Part shown: one piece after another, positions 9,665-21,905 of the stretch
Numbering within the stretch: the stretch's first letter is position 1
Layout: the number at the start of each line of letters is the position of its first letter
NCBI GenBank assembly: GCA_002269645.1
Contig: NIVC01000626.1
Span: 1-30,084, forward strand
Source: Macrostomum lignano
Lineage: Eukaryota
Length of the DNA: 30,084 bases
Direction: 5' to 3'
Made by a program: the position numbers and the translations under genes
Notes under the pieces: model-generated
Told to the model about the DNA's origin: nothing
The model's database searches: none
What the model saw: only the letters and a program-made list of their open reading frames with translations

Positions 9665-11372
9665 TGTTGGTACTCCCTCTGTAGCTGGCATCTCGTCTGT
9701 AGCTGGCATCTCCTCTGTAGCTGGCATCTCCTCTGTAGCTGGCACCCCCTCTGTAGCTGGCGCCCCCTCTGTAGCTGGCATCTCCTCTGTAGCTGGCATC
9801 TCCTCTGTAGCTGGCATCTCCTCTGTAGCTGGCATCTCCTCTGTAGCTGGCATCTCCTCTGTAGCTGGCATCTCCTCTGTAGCTGGCATCTCCTCTGTAG
9901 CTGGCATCTCCTCTGTAGCTGGCATCTCCTCTGTAGCTGGCACCCCTCTGTAGCTGGCGCCCCCTCTGTAGCTGGCATCTCCTCTGTAGCTGGCATCTCC
10001 TCTGTAGCTGGCATCTCCTCTGTAGCTGGCATCTCCTCTGTAGCTGGCATCTCCTCTGTAGCTGGCATCTCCTCTGTAGCTGGCATCTCCTCTGTAGCTG
10101 GCACCCCCTCTGTAGCTGGCGCCCCCTCTGTAGCTGGCATCTCCTCTGTAGCTGGCATCTCCTCTGTAGCTGGCATCTCCTCTGTAGCTGGCGCCCCCTC
10201 TGTAGCTGGCACCCCCTCTGTAGCTGGCATCTCCTCTGTAGCTGGCACCCCCTCTGTAGCTGGCACCCCCTCTGCAGCTGGCACCCCCTCTGTAGCTGGC
10301 TCCATATTCTGTGGCTGGCACCCCCTCTGCAGCTGGCACCCCCTCTGTAGCTGGCACCCCCTTTGTAGCTGGCACCCCCTCTGTAGCTGGCACCCCCTCT
10401 GTAGCTGGCACCCCCTCTGCAGCTGGCATCTCCGCTGTAGCTGGCATCTCCTCTGTAGCTGGCTTACCCTCTGTAGCTGGCACTCCTCTGTAGCTGGTGC
10501 CCCCTCTGCAGCTGGCACCCCCCTCTGCAGCTGGCATCTCCTCTGTAGCTGGCATCTCCTCTGTAGCTGGCACCCTCTCTGTAGCCCTTGCCTCCTCTGT
10601 AGCTGGCATCCCCTTTGTATCTGGCACCCCCTCTGTAGCTGGCACCCCCTCTGTAGCTGGTGCCTCCTCTGTAGCTGGCACCCACTCTGTAGCTGGCATC
10701 CCCTTTGTAGCTGGCACCCCCTCTGTAGCTGGCACCCCCTCTGTAGCCCCTGCACCCTCTGTAGCTGGCATCTCCTCTGTAGCTGGCATCCCCTCTGTAG
10801 CTGGCACCCCCTCTGTAGCTGGCACCCCCTCTGTAGCTGGTGCCTCCTCTGTAGCTGGCACCCACTCTGTAGCTGGCATCCCCTCTGTAGCTGGCACCCC
10901 CTCTGTAGCTGGCACCCCCTCTGTAGCTGGTGCCTCCTCTGTAGCTGGCACCCACTCTGTAGCTGGCATCCCCTCTGTAGCTGGCACCCCCTCTGTAGCT
11001 GGTGCCTCCTCTGTAGCTGGCACCTCCTCTGTAGCTGGCACCCACTCTGTAGCTGGCGTCCACTCTGTAGCTGGCACCTCCTCTGTAGCTGGCACCCACT
11101 CTGTAGCTGGCACCCCCTCTGTAGCTGGCACCCCCTCTGTAGCTGGCACCCCCTCTGTAGCTGGCACCCCCTCTGTAGCTGGCACCCCCTCTGTAGCTGG
11201 CACCCCCTCTGTAGCTGGCACCCCTCTGTAGCTGGCACCCCCTCTGTAGCTGGCACCCCCTCTGTAGCTGGCACCCCCTCTGTAGCTGGCACCCCCTCTG
11301 TAGCTGGCACCCCCTCTGTAGCTGGCACCCCCTCTGTAGCTGGCACCCCTCTGTTTCTTGGGGCCCTCTGTA
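9665..11372. repeat. 18-bp minisatellite (gctggcaccccctctgta and variants), roughly 93 copies
   Basis: Directly visible; reads (ATEGVP/ATEEMP)n on the minus strand. Confidence 0.97.
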
Positions 11373-11884
11373 GCCCTTCCTGACAGATCGAAAGCAAAAT
11401 ATCGTTCTGTGAATTTACTTCATTCGATTTGTCTTTAAGTTTCTTAGCCCTTCTCTTGTTTATCAACTGTCCCGTTAAAGCTGATTTAATTTGTTAATTT
11501 TTTACGCTCGTAAATAATCATTAATTCCAAGTTGGCCTCTACTCTACTCATTAAGTAGTATCAAATGATTCAGCTTGCTAAATCGCAAAAAGAAACATTT
11601 CCTACTAACTTAAAACAACGTCGCGTTTATGTCTATTATCTGATAATCCTATAATGTACAAAACAAATGTAACCCGTAATCGAAGCCAGCTATTGCAAAT
11701 CATGCCCGTGCATGTTGGAAGTAGTATATGTGCAGTATACGTACAATATTTAAAGCTCGCGTAAACTCGTGGCTCTTGAAACATTTGCTCAATGCGGTTT
11801 CATATGCTAAGCAATATCCTGGCACTGCGATACGGCGCCTTCTAACCTGTACATATTTTCTGTGTTTTGCTTCCCAAAGCAGAT

Positions 11885-12018
<134 letters not shown>

Positions 12019-12419
12019 GTTATACATCTATTTTTTACGGAATGTCTAATTCTATTGCCAGTACCTTTCATTGTAATTCCAATGATTTATTGTTTCTTTG
12101 CAAATATAGGAGTCTGATTTTTTGAATATAGGACCCCAAAAGACTTCGAAAAAGATTTAATGCTTTCGAGGCTTGGTAAAGCAAGAACCATACTTGCATA
12201 GTCTACGTATGAATAATAACAAGCCAGTCAATAAAATGTTCTTCTACACAGTTTGGTCAAAGCAGTCGCCAAACACAGTTTGACCATAGACAATTCCCAA
12301 CGCATGACAGAGTTCGACAATGACTAAGCATAGCAGTTTGGGTGTGGAAAGCAAGCAATAACAAAATCATAAATTCTTCTGCTTGAACGCTGAACAAGAA
12401 GCCCAAGCCGACACCAAGC

Positions 12420-12740
12420 ATGATCATCGGGTCGATTCTGTCCATGGTCTTGTCGGCCATGTCGATTGCGTCCTTTCTCCTCGGCGCCGTGCTGGCTGGC
12501 ATCGGCATCTTCCTCATGGCTAGCAAGGACATGCTGCGGTCAATGCTCAACTTGGTGGACACCAGCAAGCTGCCGTCAGCCGCCGATGACGCCAAAGATC
12601 AGGCGCAGGAGATGCTGGACAAATACGACATTATTTCCTTTGTTGGCCTCGCCGTCCTCATCATTGGAGCCTTCATTGCTGCCGTCTCCTTCTGCGGCGC
12701 AATTGGGTCCATGTGCAAATTGAAGCTCTTGCTGCTGATT
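12420..12740 (+). CDS. Tetraspanin exon 1 (TM1, EC1, TM2)
   Basis: ATG 12420; two hydrophobic helices ending in a SFCGAIG motif; phase-0 donor ATT|GTGAGT. Confidence 0.9.
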
Positions 12741-12880
12741 GTGAGTCCTGGGTGTACTTTGCTTGAAGTTACTTGGATTCGTGCACAGACACTCGCTCAC
12801 ACAGGGGTACAACATCCCTGTTTTCATTTTTCTCAGACATGATATACAGACTCTGTGAACAAACCCCAAATCTGTATCTT

Positions 12881-12935
12881 AGCTTGTGGAATCGAACCTA
12901 GGACTTGAGTGATTCGAGAATCAGATGTGTCATCG
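12881..12935 (-). mobile_element. Short tRNA/SINE-like fragment (B box GGTTCGATTCC)
   Basis: Reverse complement ..CAAGTCCTAGGTTCGATTCCACAAGC; only the 3' half is recognisable. Confidence 0.35.
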
Positions 12936-12961
12936 CTTTGCTGCTCTGCACCTAGATTAAA

Positions 12962-13545
12962 AGAATGACCAGTAGCACAATGATCTTCACTCTAGAATGA
13001 CCAGCAGCACAATTACCTTCATTCTAGAATGACCAGCAGCACAATTACCTTCACTCTAGAATGACCAGTAGCACAATGACCTTCATTCTAGAATGACCAG
13101 CAGCACAATGACCTTCACTCTAGAATGACCAGTAGCACAATGACCTTCACTCTAGAATGACCAGTAGCACAATGACCTTCACTCTAGAATGACCAGTAGC
13201 ACAATTACCTTCACTCTAGAATGACCAGTAGCACAATGACCTTCACTCTAGAATGACCAGTAGCACAATGACCTTCACTCTAGAATGACCAGTAGCACAA
13301 TTACCTTCACTCTAGAATGACCAGCAGCACAATTACCTTCACTCTAGAATGACCAGCAGCACAATTACCTTCACTCTAGAATGACCAGCAGCACAATGAC
13401 CTTCATTCTAGAATGACCAGTAGCACAATGATCTTCACTCTAGAATGACCAGTAGCACAATGACCTTCATTCTAGAATGACCAGTAGCACAATGACCTTC
13501 ACTCTAGAATGACCAGCAGCACAATGACCTTTATTCTAGAATGAC
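12962..13545. repeat. 32-bp minisatellite (~18 copies) in tetraspanin intron 1
   Basis: Unit tctagaatgaccagtagcacaatgaccttcac; anchors at 12991 and 13023. Confidence 0.95.
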
Positions 13546-13590
13546 TATGACGTTAAAGTACTACTATTTTCTAAACGCCCCCACTCGCAG

Positions 13591-13797
13591 TACATGATAG
13601 TGACGGGCGTGATGCTGGTGGCCCTGGTCATTGGCATCATCTACTTTGGCTCGCTGAAGGCGAGAATGGACGAGGCTATTTTGATAAAGATGAGGGTGCT
13701 CAGGGATTCGTACTTTATCTCGCTCATAAGCGTCATACAGAAGCCGGACACGACTCTGGCCATCATGACGGTGGCCTTTAACTTCATGCAAGTTGGG
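13591..13797 (+). CDS. Tetraspanin exon 2 (TM3 and start of EC2)
   Basis: Acceptor ccactcgcag and donor GGG|GTGAGC; hydrophobic YMIVTGVMLVALVIGIIYF. Confidence 0.85.
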
Positions 13798-13893
13798 GTG
13801 AGCTTCAACATATTCCATGACAAAATTTTCTCGACAAAATGGCAAAAATTTCTCGAAAAAACATTCTTCTTCTCGAAATTCTTCTCATTTCAG

Positions 13894-14040
13894 CTGAAGT
13901 GCTGCGGAGTGGAGAAGATCGGCGACGTTCGCTCCAGCGACTCCTGGCTGACGTCTGAGCGCCGCCTGACTGAGCTGAATAAGCAGCTGGGCGGGAAGTC
14001 TGCGCTGCCGTCTATGGGCGATGAGCCACTCATGAAGCCG
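13894..14040 (+). CDS. Tetraspanin exon 3 (CCG motif)
   Basis: Acceptor ctcatttcag; LKCCGV hallmark; donor CCG|GTGAGG. Confidence 0.9.
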
Positions 14041-14046
14041 GTGAGG

Positions 14047-14414
<368 letters not shown>

Positions 14415-14472
14415 AAGATAATAAAATAAGGATAGAGCCAGCGGCTGATGATGATTTCATATCAATTCTTAG

Positions 14473-14847
14473 GGCACTTTAGCCGACGATGTCGCAGCGG
14501 AAGTTGGTGGCAAAAACATCCCGAACTGGCTAAAAAAACAGTTGCCGGCCGGCATCGCGGAACTGCCGAAGGGCGCCACTGTGCCAGCCTCCTTGCCTGC
14601 TTCGTTCAGCCTGCCGCCCGACTTCAAAGACTCGCTGGCCAACCTGACCAAAATGAAAAACTTCACCAAGGAATCCTTGCTGTCACTGTTCAGTTCTGCG
14701 CTGACAATCAAGACGCCTCTCACTTGCTGCAAGCTGTCCAACCCGGAGGGCCTGATGAAGGGCAAGTTCGATACGAAGGACATAACCAAGCTAATGGAGG
14801 ACCCGTCGTGTCCCTTCACCGCTAAGAATGACGCAGTCAATGACAAG
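14473..14847 (+). CDS. Tetraspanin exon 4 (long EC2 insert, PLTCC and PSC cysteines)
   Basis: Acceptor aattcttag; 125 open codons; PxxCC motif; donor AAG|GTTGGC. Confidence 0.8.
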
Positions 14848-14867
14848 GTTGGCCATCATCAGAGAAG

Positions 14868-15093
<226 letters not shown>

Positions 15094-15138
15094 GACATTT
15101 TATTTGTTTTTCATTGATGCTTAATGCCTTATTTTCAG

Positions 15139-15222
15139 ATTTGCTACGATGCCCTGTTGGACTACATTTCATCGTATCAGAAAATCGTGGTTACAGTTGG
15201 AACTATCCTAGCTGCCATCATG
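15139..15222 (+). CDS. Tetraspanin exon 5 (last EC2 Cys and start of TM4)
   Basis: Acceptor attttcag; [24 protein letters not shown]; donor ATG|GTGAGC. Confidence 0.85.
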
Positions 15223-15370
15223 GTGAGCAATGTTGTATACAAAACTTTATTGATCTCCCATTCGAATAATGCACATTTACCAGCTTTAGCGGGCTCGGTT
15301 AAATTATCAATTATTTTGTATCAGTTTGAAATCCATTCACGTGCACCCCTCATGCACATTCCGCACTTAG

Positions 15371-15415
15371 GGCGGCGGGATCGGCTGCGCTCTATGGATT
15401 TTCCTTTTCGACTAG
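15371..15415 (+). CDS. Tetraspanin probable exon 6 (GGGIGCALWIFLFD*, completes TM4)
   Basis: Acceptor ccgcacttag, phase 0; the only nearby candidate I found that gives a hydrophobic continuation with matching GC-rich codons. Confidence 0.55.
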   Translation, partial: GGGIGCALWIFLFD

Positions 15416-16963
15416 TCATCCAGCTGCCACCTTCATCAACTGTGCGGCGGGCCAAACAGACAGTCGATTTTAAATCTTGAAATATTTCTTTGACTGACAT
15501 AAAACTAAATCAGAAACCAGCTGTCTAAATTTATTTAATCTGTTTTGCATCGAAATCATTTTGGTCCTTTTTTAAGTTCATTGAAACTTTTTCTACCCTT
15601 TTTTCTAAAACATGGATTTGAGAACCTTGGCGTGAAAAAGGACATAAAAACCGTGTTGTCAGCAGTTTTTTATAAAACATTTGCAAATCTTCTTTGATTT
15701 ACCGCCAAACGTATTTAAACTAAGCACTTTTTTCGCTTCATTAATTTTAACAATTTAGCTTGTACTGAGTGCTTGATCGAGTGCTTCGATGCAGAACGCA
15801 GAAACAGAAGCATTTTTAACTCATTTTAAATAAACACAGAGAAAATGAGTCTCAAAAGTCAATGAAATGGAAAAAGAGCATAAAAAGTCGTAGATTAGGA
15901 ATCACGAACGAAACTTAAATTTTTGACTCGTGTGCTCAGCTCCGGTTTTGTTGCTCAGCATAACACGAGATCGAGACACAAAATTCAAAAAGCCTATATA
16001 CAACTAGCTAGACAATGTGTATTCCCAGTGGTCCTTTGACAAAATCTTAATACACGGGCGACCGGAATTCGCGCTAACTTAATACAAAAACAGTACAGTA
16101 AATTGAGAAAAAGGAAGAGATACATGAAGGGAAAGTATATGAAAAAGGGGTAGAAAATTTCACAATTATGTCGGCCGCCAAGCACCATACGTACATGTAC
16201 AGTAGATTCTATGAAGTTCTTTTAGTATATGTGTGTTGCAGATCGAGTTTGTAACTATTACATGTCGACCTTATGTATACCTTAATTAATTATGTAATCA
16301 CTAACTTCGATTTTTCAAGTGTAGATCAGCTAGGAAGTACGAGTAACATTTGCGAATCACTACAATGTAACTTGAAGAACGTACTTTTGACCGTGGAAAT
16401 GACGACAAAACTGGTGTATATAAACTGGAATTATACAATTAGCATAAAGCATAATACATACACGAGCACAAAATTGCAAGTATAGTTTGCATGTTTCTAT
16501 TATGCGATTTTTGTTTTCTAATCCGCCATATATTTCATTTAGAAAATTTTATGCGTCGGAAATTGTCTTCTCTGAACGGTAAATAAAAGCCAATAAAACA
16601 AAACTTATTGTAAGTGTTTATACCTTACGCTAAAATCTAGAAAAAGTTAGTAAATTCAAATTAAAAACTATATTTTGACTTTTTGTATAAAGCAAAAGAG
16701 AGCGTGATTATTCAAAATTTATAATTCTTTTTCTTTTGTTTTCTACGACTCTTCAAAGAAATGAAGTCGACACAGTTGTATTAAGTCTATATCCCATACC
16801 AGATGATTATTTCGAGTGTTTCTTTCAAAATTTACAGTTTTTATTTTAATTGACAAAACGTTGGGAATAATGATTAAAACTCAGTGCTGAAATTTTAGTT
16901 CTGAAGAAGGAGCATTATAAGTTTTAAAAGCGATCGGCTACAAAACCAAAAGCAAAACTGCGC

Positions 16964-17046
16964 ATGAGAAGCATGACGGAGGATCAAGAAATAGGTCAAG
17001 ACATTCTTTTTGATGATACATATCAGTTGCTGGAAGTTATTGGCAA
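16964..17046 (+). CDS. CASK: CASK coding exon 1 (start at 16964 or 16973; ILFDDTYQLLEVIGK)
   Basis: Matches the CASK N-terminus (LFEDVYELCEVIGK); donor AA|GTGAGT. Confidence 0.9.
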
Positions 17047-18410
17047 GTGAGTATATTTTCTATGTGTGTTTTACAAAAAACTTTCCCAAATTACTCACTT
17101 GTTTTTTAGGATAAGTCGTTCTTTACCACTGATCAATGACTATTTTCGTTGACGTTTATTTAGTTACCAGGGCTCGGATGAGACATTAATCATGATATTG
17201 AGGTCTAAAGGAAATCATCCAGTTTTGTAGTGGTTCGAGCTCCTAAACTAACTAAAAATACTAGTGCATTATTCAAAAATTAAATACTTTTTAACATAAT
17301 GTAGACTTGTAGTTTGCCAGTTTTATGTCTGAGTCTCAAATTTTGATTGAAATCCAATTATCTTGACATAGGCCTAGCTAATCTCCAGTCTCAATAATCT
17401 AAAAAACAATATTTTCTTATCCCTTTTCACTAATTATATGCACTAAATATTGTCCTGTGCTTTTGTACAATTATTCAATATTCATTTCATTTATTTGATC
17501 ATTCATGACTTTCAGACTTGCTACATTTTAGTATTATAGTATTATAAAGTTTAAGTTTATAGTGGTAATGTCCGATTTATAGAATATAATAAATAAGTCC
17601 CAGTAAACCATCTGAAAATAATTGTTTCCCTGTGTTTTAAATTTCTAGTTTCTTTTCTGCATCCATATTTTTATCTAGATATATTTGTCACAAAAATTGT
17701 TTCATATGGTGTACCTATTTACTGTTCAGAGACTAGTGCCTTTTTTATTCAATAACTATTTCTAGTAGATCTATTAGATCACAAAATGTCTGATCAAACA
17801 GTGGATGTCTCATGAAAATCCATCAAGCTGTTTTTTTTCTAAAATTGATCACACAGACAATTTTTAGTATATAGGATTTGAGTCAATTTTAGTGTAACAT
17901 TGTCAATACTTTCAATTATACCAAATAATGAGACTTTGGAAATTGCTATCTAAAATTGTTCTAATGTCAATAATTCAGTTGCAAATGACAATTTTCAGTT
18001 TTTGTATGATCAAAAATAAAGAATAGTAATTTATTAAGATTTAAATTTTTACTTTGTAACTTTTTTGGTAAGATAAATTCCTAATGACAAGATGTGGAGA
18101 AACTATCTGTCAGTGCTTTAACCACACTGTTGTTGCAATATCCAAATAGTTACAGGCATGCAAAATGTATTTCTGTTTTGATAAGATAGCTCATATTATG
18201 CTATTATACCAGTTTTTGTGAAATACTTGTGATTATGCAATATACACCTCATTTATACTTGTACACGTAGAAAAAATGGCTTGACGCCCTTGACCTACCT
18301 TGGATAGCTATCCATTGCAGTTTAATCCCTCCTTGGTTGCAGTTCCTGAATTTTATTCACTCTAATTAAGTGGTAAAACAAACTGCAAAATGCAACCATC
18401 CATACCACAG

Positions 18411-18523
18411 GGGTCCCTTCAGCGTTGTACGCAAGTGCGTTCACAAGCAGACGCAGAAGTTGTTCGCTGTGAAAATTGTCGATGTGACAAAATTTGCTTC
18501 GAGCCCGGGCCTCACCATGGAGG
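18411..18523 (+). CDS. CASK: CASK exon 2 (GPFSVVRKC...[17 protein letters not shown])
   Basis: CASK-specific GKGPFS glycine loop and SSPGL; 113 bp; canonical splice sites. Confidence 0.95.
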
Positions 18524-18586
18524 GTGAGTTTAAGCTTTTGCTAGCTAGAGCAGTATGAATTAGTTTAGCAGGTGATTCTTTAGTAA

Positions 18587-18720
<134 letters not shown>

Positions 18721-18739
18721 GTGAGTCTGATGTCTTTGC

Positions 18740-18807
18740 TGTCTGTCTGTCTGTCTGTCTGTCTTAGTGTCTGTCCGTCTGTCTGTCTGTCTTAGTGTCT
18801 GTCTTAG

Positions 18808-18892
<85 letters not shown>

Positions 18893-18906
18893 GTCTATCT
18901 ATCTAC

Positions 18907-18981
<75 letters not shown>
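18740..18981. repeat. Compound (CTGT)n/(CTAT)n microsatellite at the start of CASK intron 3
   Basis: Directly visible. Confidence 0.97.
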
Positions 18982-18982
<1 letters not shown>

Positions 18983-20883
18983 GTACACAGAGTTCTCACT
19001 GATCTCAGCCGAGTCTCACCTTCTCATTTTCTCTCTGTTTCCCTATCCCTTCCCCCAAAAAGTTTGTCCCCTCGTATAAGTGTCTCCGTATTCAATCCCG
19101 CACGGGCGCACCAGCGGGAGCAGTCAGGTGCTTAATTGAGCTTCCAAAGCTGCTGTCTCTGTGCGCCGGCAGTCAAGCGTCTCAAATCCGAGCCGGGGCT
19201 CTTTCGCCATGCTCAGACCCACCGACTTGTTTACCTCAGACCTTAGCGAATGAGCCCAGGTTGTAAAATTTACTTGCTTATTGTATGCCAAACTGCCTGC
19301 TGTGGAAGAAGACTCAAATAGATGGAGAGCAAATTAGTGAGTCGTGAGACCTCTGACGGCGGTCTCTGACCTTCTTTGTCGTTCTGCCTCTGCCCCTCTC
19401 CCCCATCATTGTCTCCTACGCATGGCACGTACTCTCCTAGTCTCTGTCTATCAAATTTCAATGTCGAAGAGTGGGTGGAGAGGTTTTTCTGTTAGTTCAG
19501 CCGTCCCGTCTAGGATAGGAGGCTGTGAGAGAGGCTAAGGAAGAACTGGCCGGGTGCATGGCATGACACGCTTTAGCAAGCTGCTGAGCTCTCTCATCTC
19601 TGTGCCATGCTGAAAATGGGAGAGAGCCATATTGGTGGAGAACTACAGGCCGCGATGAGGGCTTGAGTAGGATGGGTTGGGGTGGCCGTTGGGAAGCCTT
19701 ACCAATCCCTTTCCTATCCCAGCAGTACTGGCTTGTGAGAAGTCCTAGCGACTAGCTGTAGCTGCTAGGGGGATGGGGGCGGCTGAGGATGGAGTCAGCC
19801 AAACCACCCCCTTCCCTCTCGCCGTTTCCGCCTCGAGTCGGTCCACCAACCGAGTTGTTTTCAGCCGCACATCAGGATGGAGAGAGGGCGAGGGAGAGAG
19901 AATATAGACTGACTGACTGGCTGGCTGTGTGTCCCTGTCCGCGGCCTTGGCCATCTACCCGCATGTATATAGAGTGCACACACACACACAGACGCATACA
20001 TATGCATGTGGCCGTGTGCGCGTGTGCTCCCAATGCAAAGAAGAAAAACTGAAAAACTGTGGGGGGAGGAGAAATACTTTTGCCTCTTTTACTGCGCAGC
20101 GGGACCACTCGTGTTTAAACCGGCTGCCTCACCCTCTGACCTCCCCGCCGCCCCTACCCTCTGCTTTTCCCCTTCTATTCAGCCGTTCGAAGCGGGGTCG
20201 GTGCTAGCCAGTCAGTCCTTTTTTGCCCTTTACACTCTTGGCTGCCAGCCAGCAAGGCCGGAGCCTCCCAGGGGAGGGTGTGTAGACTGTAGAGTTATAG
20301 ACTCGCGCACTTCCTGTTCGCCGCAGTCTGGCTTGCGAGTCATTGATTCAATCTTTTTGGGATGGGGAGAAAATCTTGCCCTGTTTTTTCCCCGTGTCCC
20401 CATCCTTAGCGAGGAAAATATTCCCCATCCCCGTTTCGCGATCCGTCCCAGATCGACAGCCAAGGTGGAGTGGGATCGAATAGCGAATTTTCCCCAGCGT
20501 GCTAAGGTCGCGTTTCCTCTCCCAGCATGGGGATTATATACTTGTTTTTTAACTAACGAACGCTATTAGTTAGCCTGGGATAAGGGAGAAAATTGAATTA
20601 TTCATTTGGTCTCTGGAAATTTTCGGCGAGATTGACGGTGCGCATGGGGACCAAGGTTAATAGTAGGCAGCTGTTCTGTTCTGTCCAAGAGAAGCGCACT
20701 GTAGGAGGCTGTCGGCCGCCCTACTGCAAGTCTGTTGTTGATTTTTCGCTTGCTTCTTTCCGACTTATCGACCTCCGGCTGGGCTGCCATTTTCAAATTT
20801 GTGTTGTTTTAAAGCGGCTGAACAGAAAGTGTGCCATGAACATTTGGATGTCACTCGCAATTAGGCTTGTACTTTATTGTTAC

Positions 20884-21055
<172 letters not shown>

Positions 21056-21621
21056 GCCTGCTTGTCTTAGTGTCTGGGCTTTTCTGTGTCTGTCTGTCTC
21101 AGCCTTTTTTTACTTTTCCTTAGTGTTAAGTGAAGACGCCATGGTGCCTGTGGGCTCTTATTTATCTTAGTCTTACGGTGAAATATTTTTCGACAAAATA
21201 ATTACCCTTTTCCGAGTTTTTTATAATATCTGCGTCATTCTACTGAATTAGTTCTCAAAATTAGTAGAGTGTCGCGCAACAACAATTTCTTGATGAATCT
21301 GTTCGGTTTGCCTGTTTCTGATTGGACCAGGGCTTCAACGCTTAGTATTCGATGAACTTTTAAACAACTCTAGCCAGGCAGTAGCTGGAAGACCAGGCCA
21401 AAGCGCAAGCAGAGACAGGTCGGCTGCCCGGCTCTCGGCTAAGAAAATAATTCTCTTTTTTCAATTTGAATCTTCTTGATAGTTTTACTTCTCCATCCAT
21501 CTCTCTCAGCTTCCCAATCTAGGGCTAGATAATTGTTTACTTCGCTGAATTTTAGTTAATTCTATATTGCTATGGATTAATTGTTTTTTTATATTTATAG
21601 TTTTCTCTCTCTCATATACAG

Positions 21622-21809
21622 TCATGAGAGAGAAATAGTGAAACCACAAGAAACTGAGATACGACTGCTGTGGTCGAGTTGATGACTGCGTAAGGAAAGT
21701 AAATGAAAGACCTGCTACTTGACCATTAGCTGAATGCCCTGTTAGTTTAATAACTCCGCTCTAACAAGCAAAAACTGATGGAGTCACTGAAGCAAATGCA
21801 CTCTTGTCG
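21622..21809 (+). other. Candidate cryptic or alternative exon within CASK intron 3
   Basis: Acceptor ttttctctctctcatatacag| and donor CG|GTGAGT; ATG 21778 (MESLKQMHSC-R) is in phase with CASK exon 4; no transcript evidence. Confidence 0.4.
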
Positions 21810-21905
21810 GTGAGTCTGCGTTTTTTCATGCTTAACATTGTAGAAAAACAGGTCAGGTAGTACGAGCGAAGCGCGTCTTTGGGTTGTTGGTGCTGTGAGA
21901 TTGAA

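Noticed and set aside
16242-16289. Alternative tetraspanin last exon (IEFVTITCRPYVYLN*)
   Set aside because: AT-rich and less hydrophobic than the 15371-15415 candidate; not excluded without transcripts
19000-20800. GC-rich ORFs of 60-190 aa in CASK intron 3, also at 25600-28400
   Set aside because: No recognisable domains, codon bias or consistent splice phases; I cannot support a nested gene
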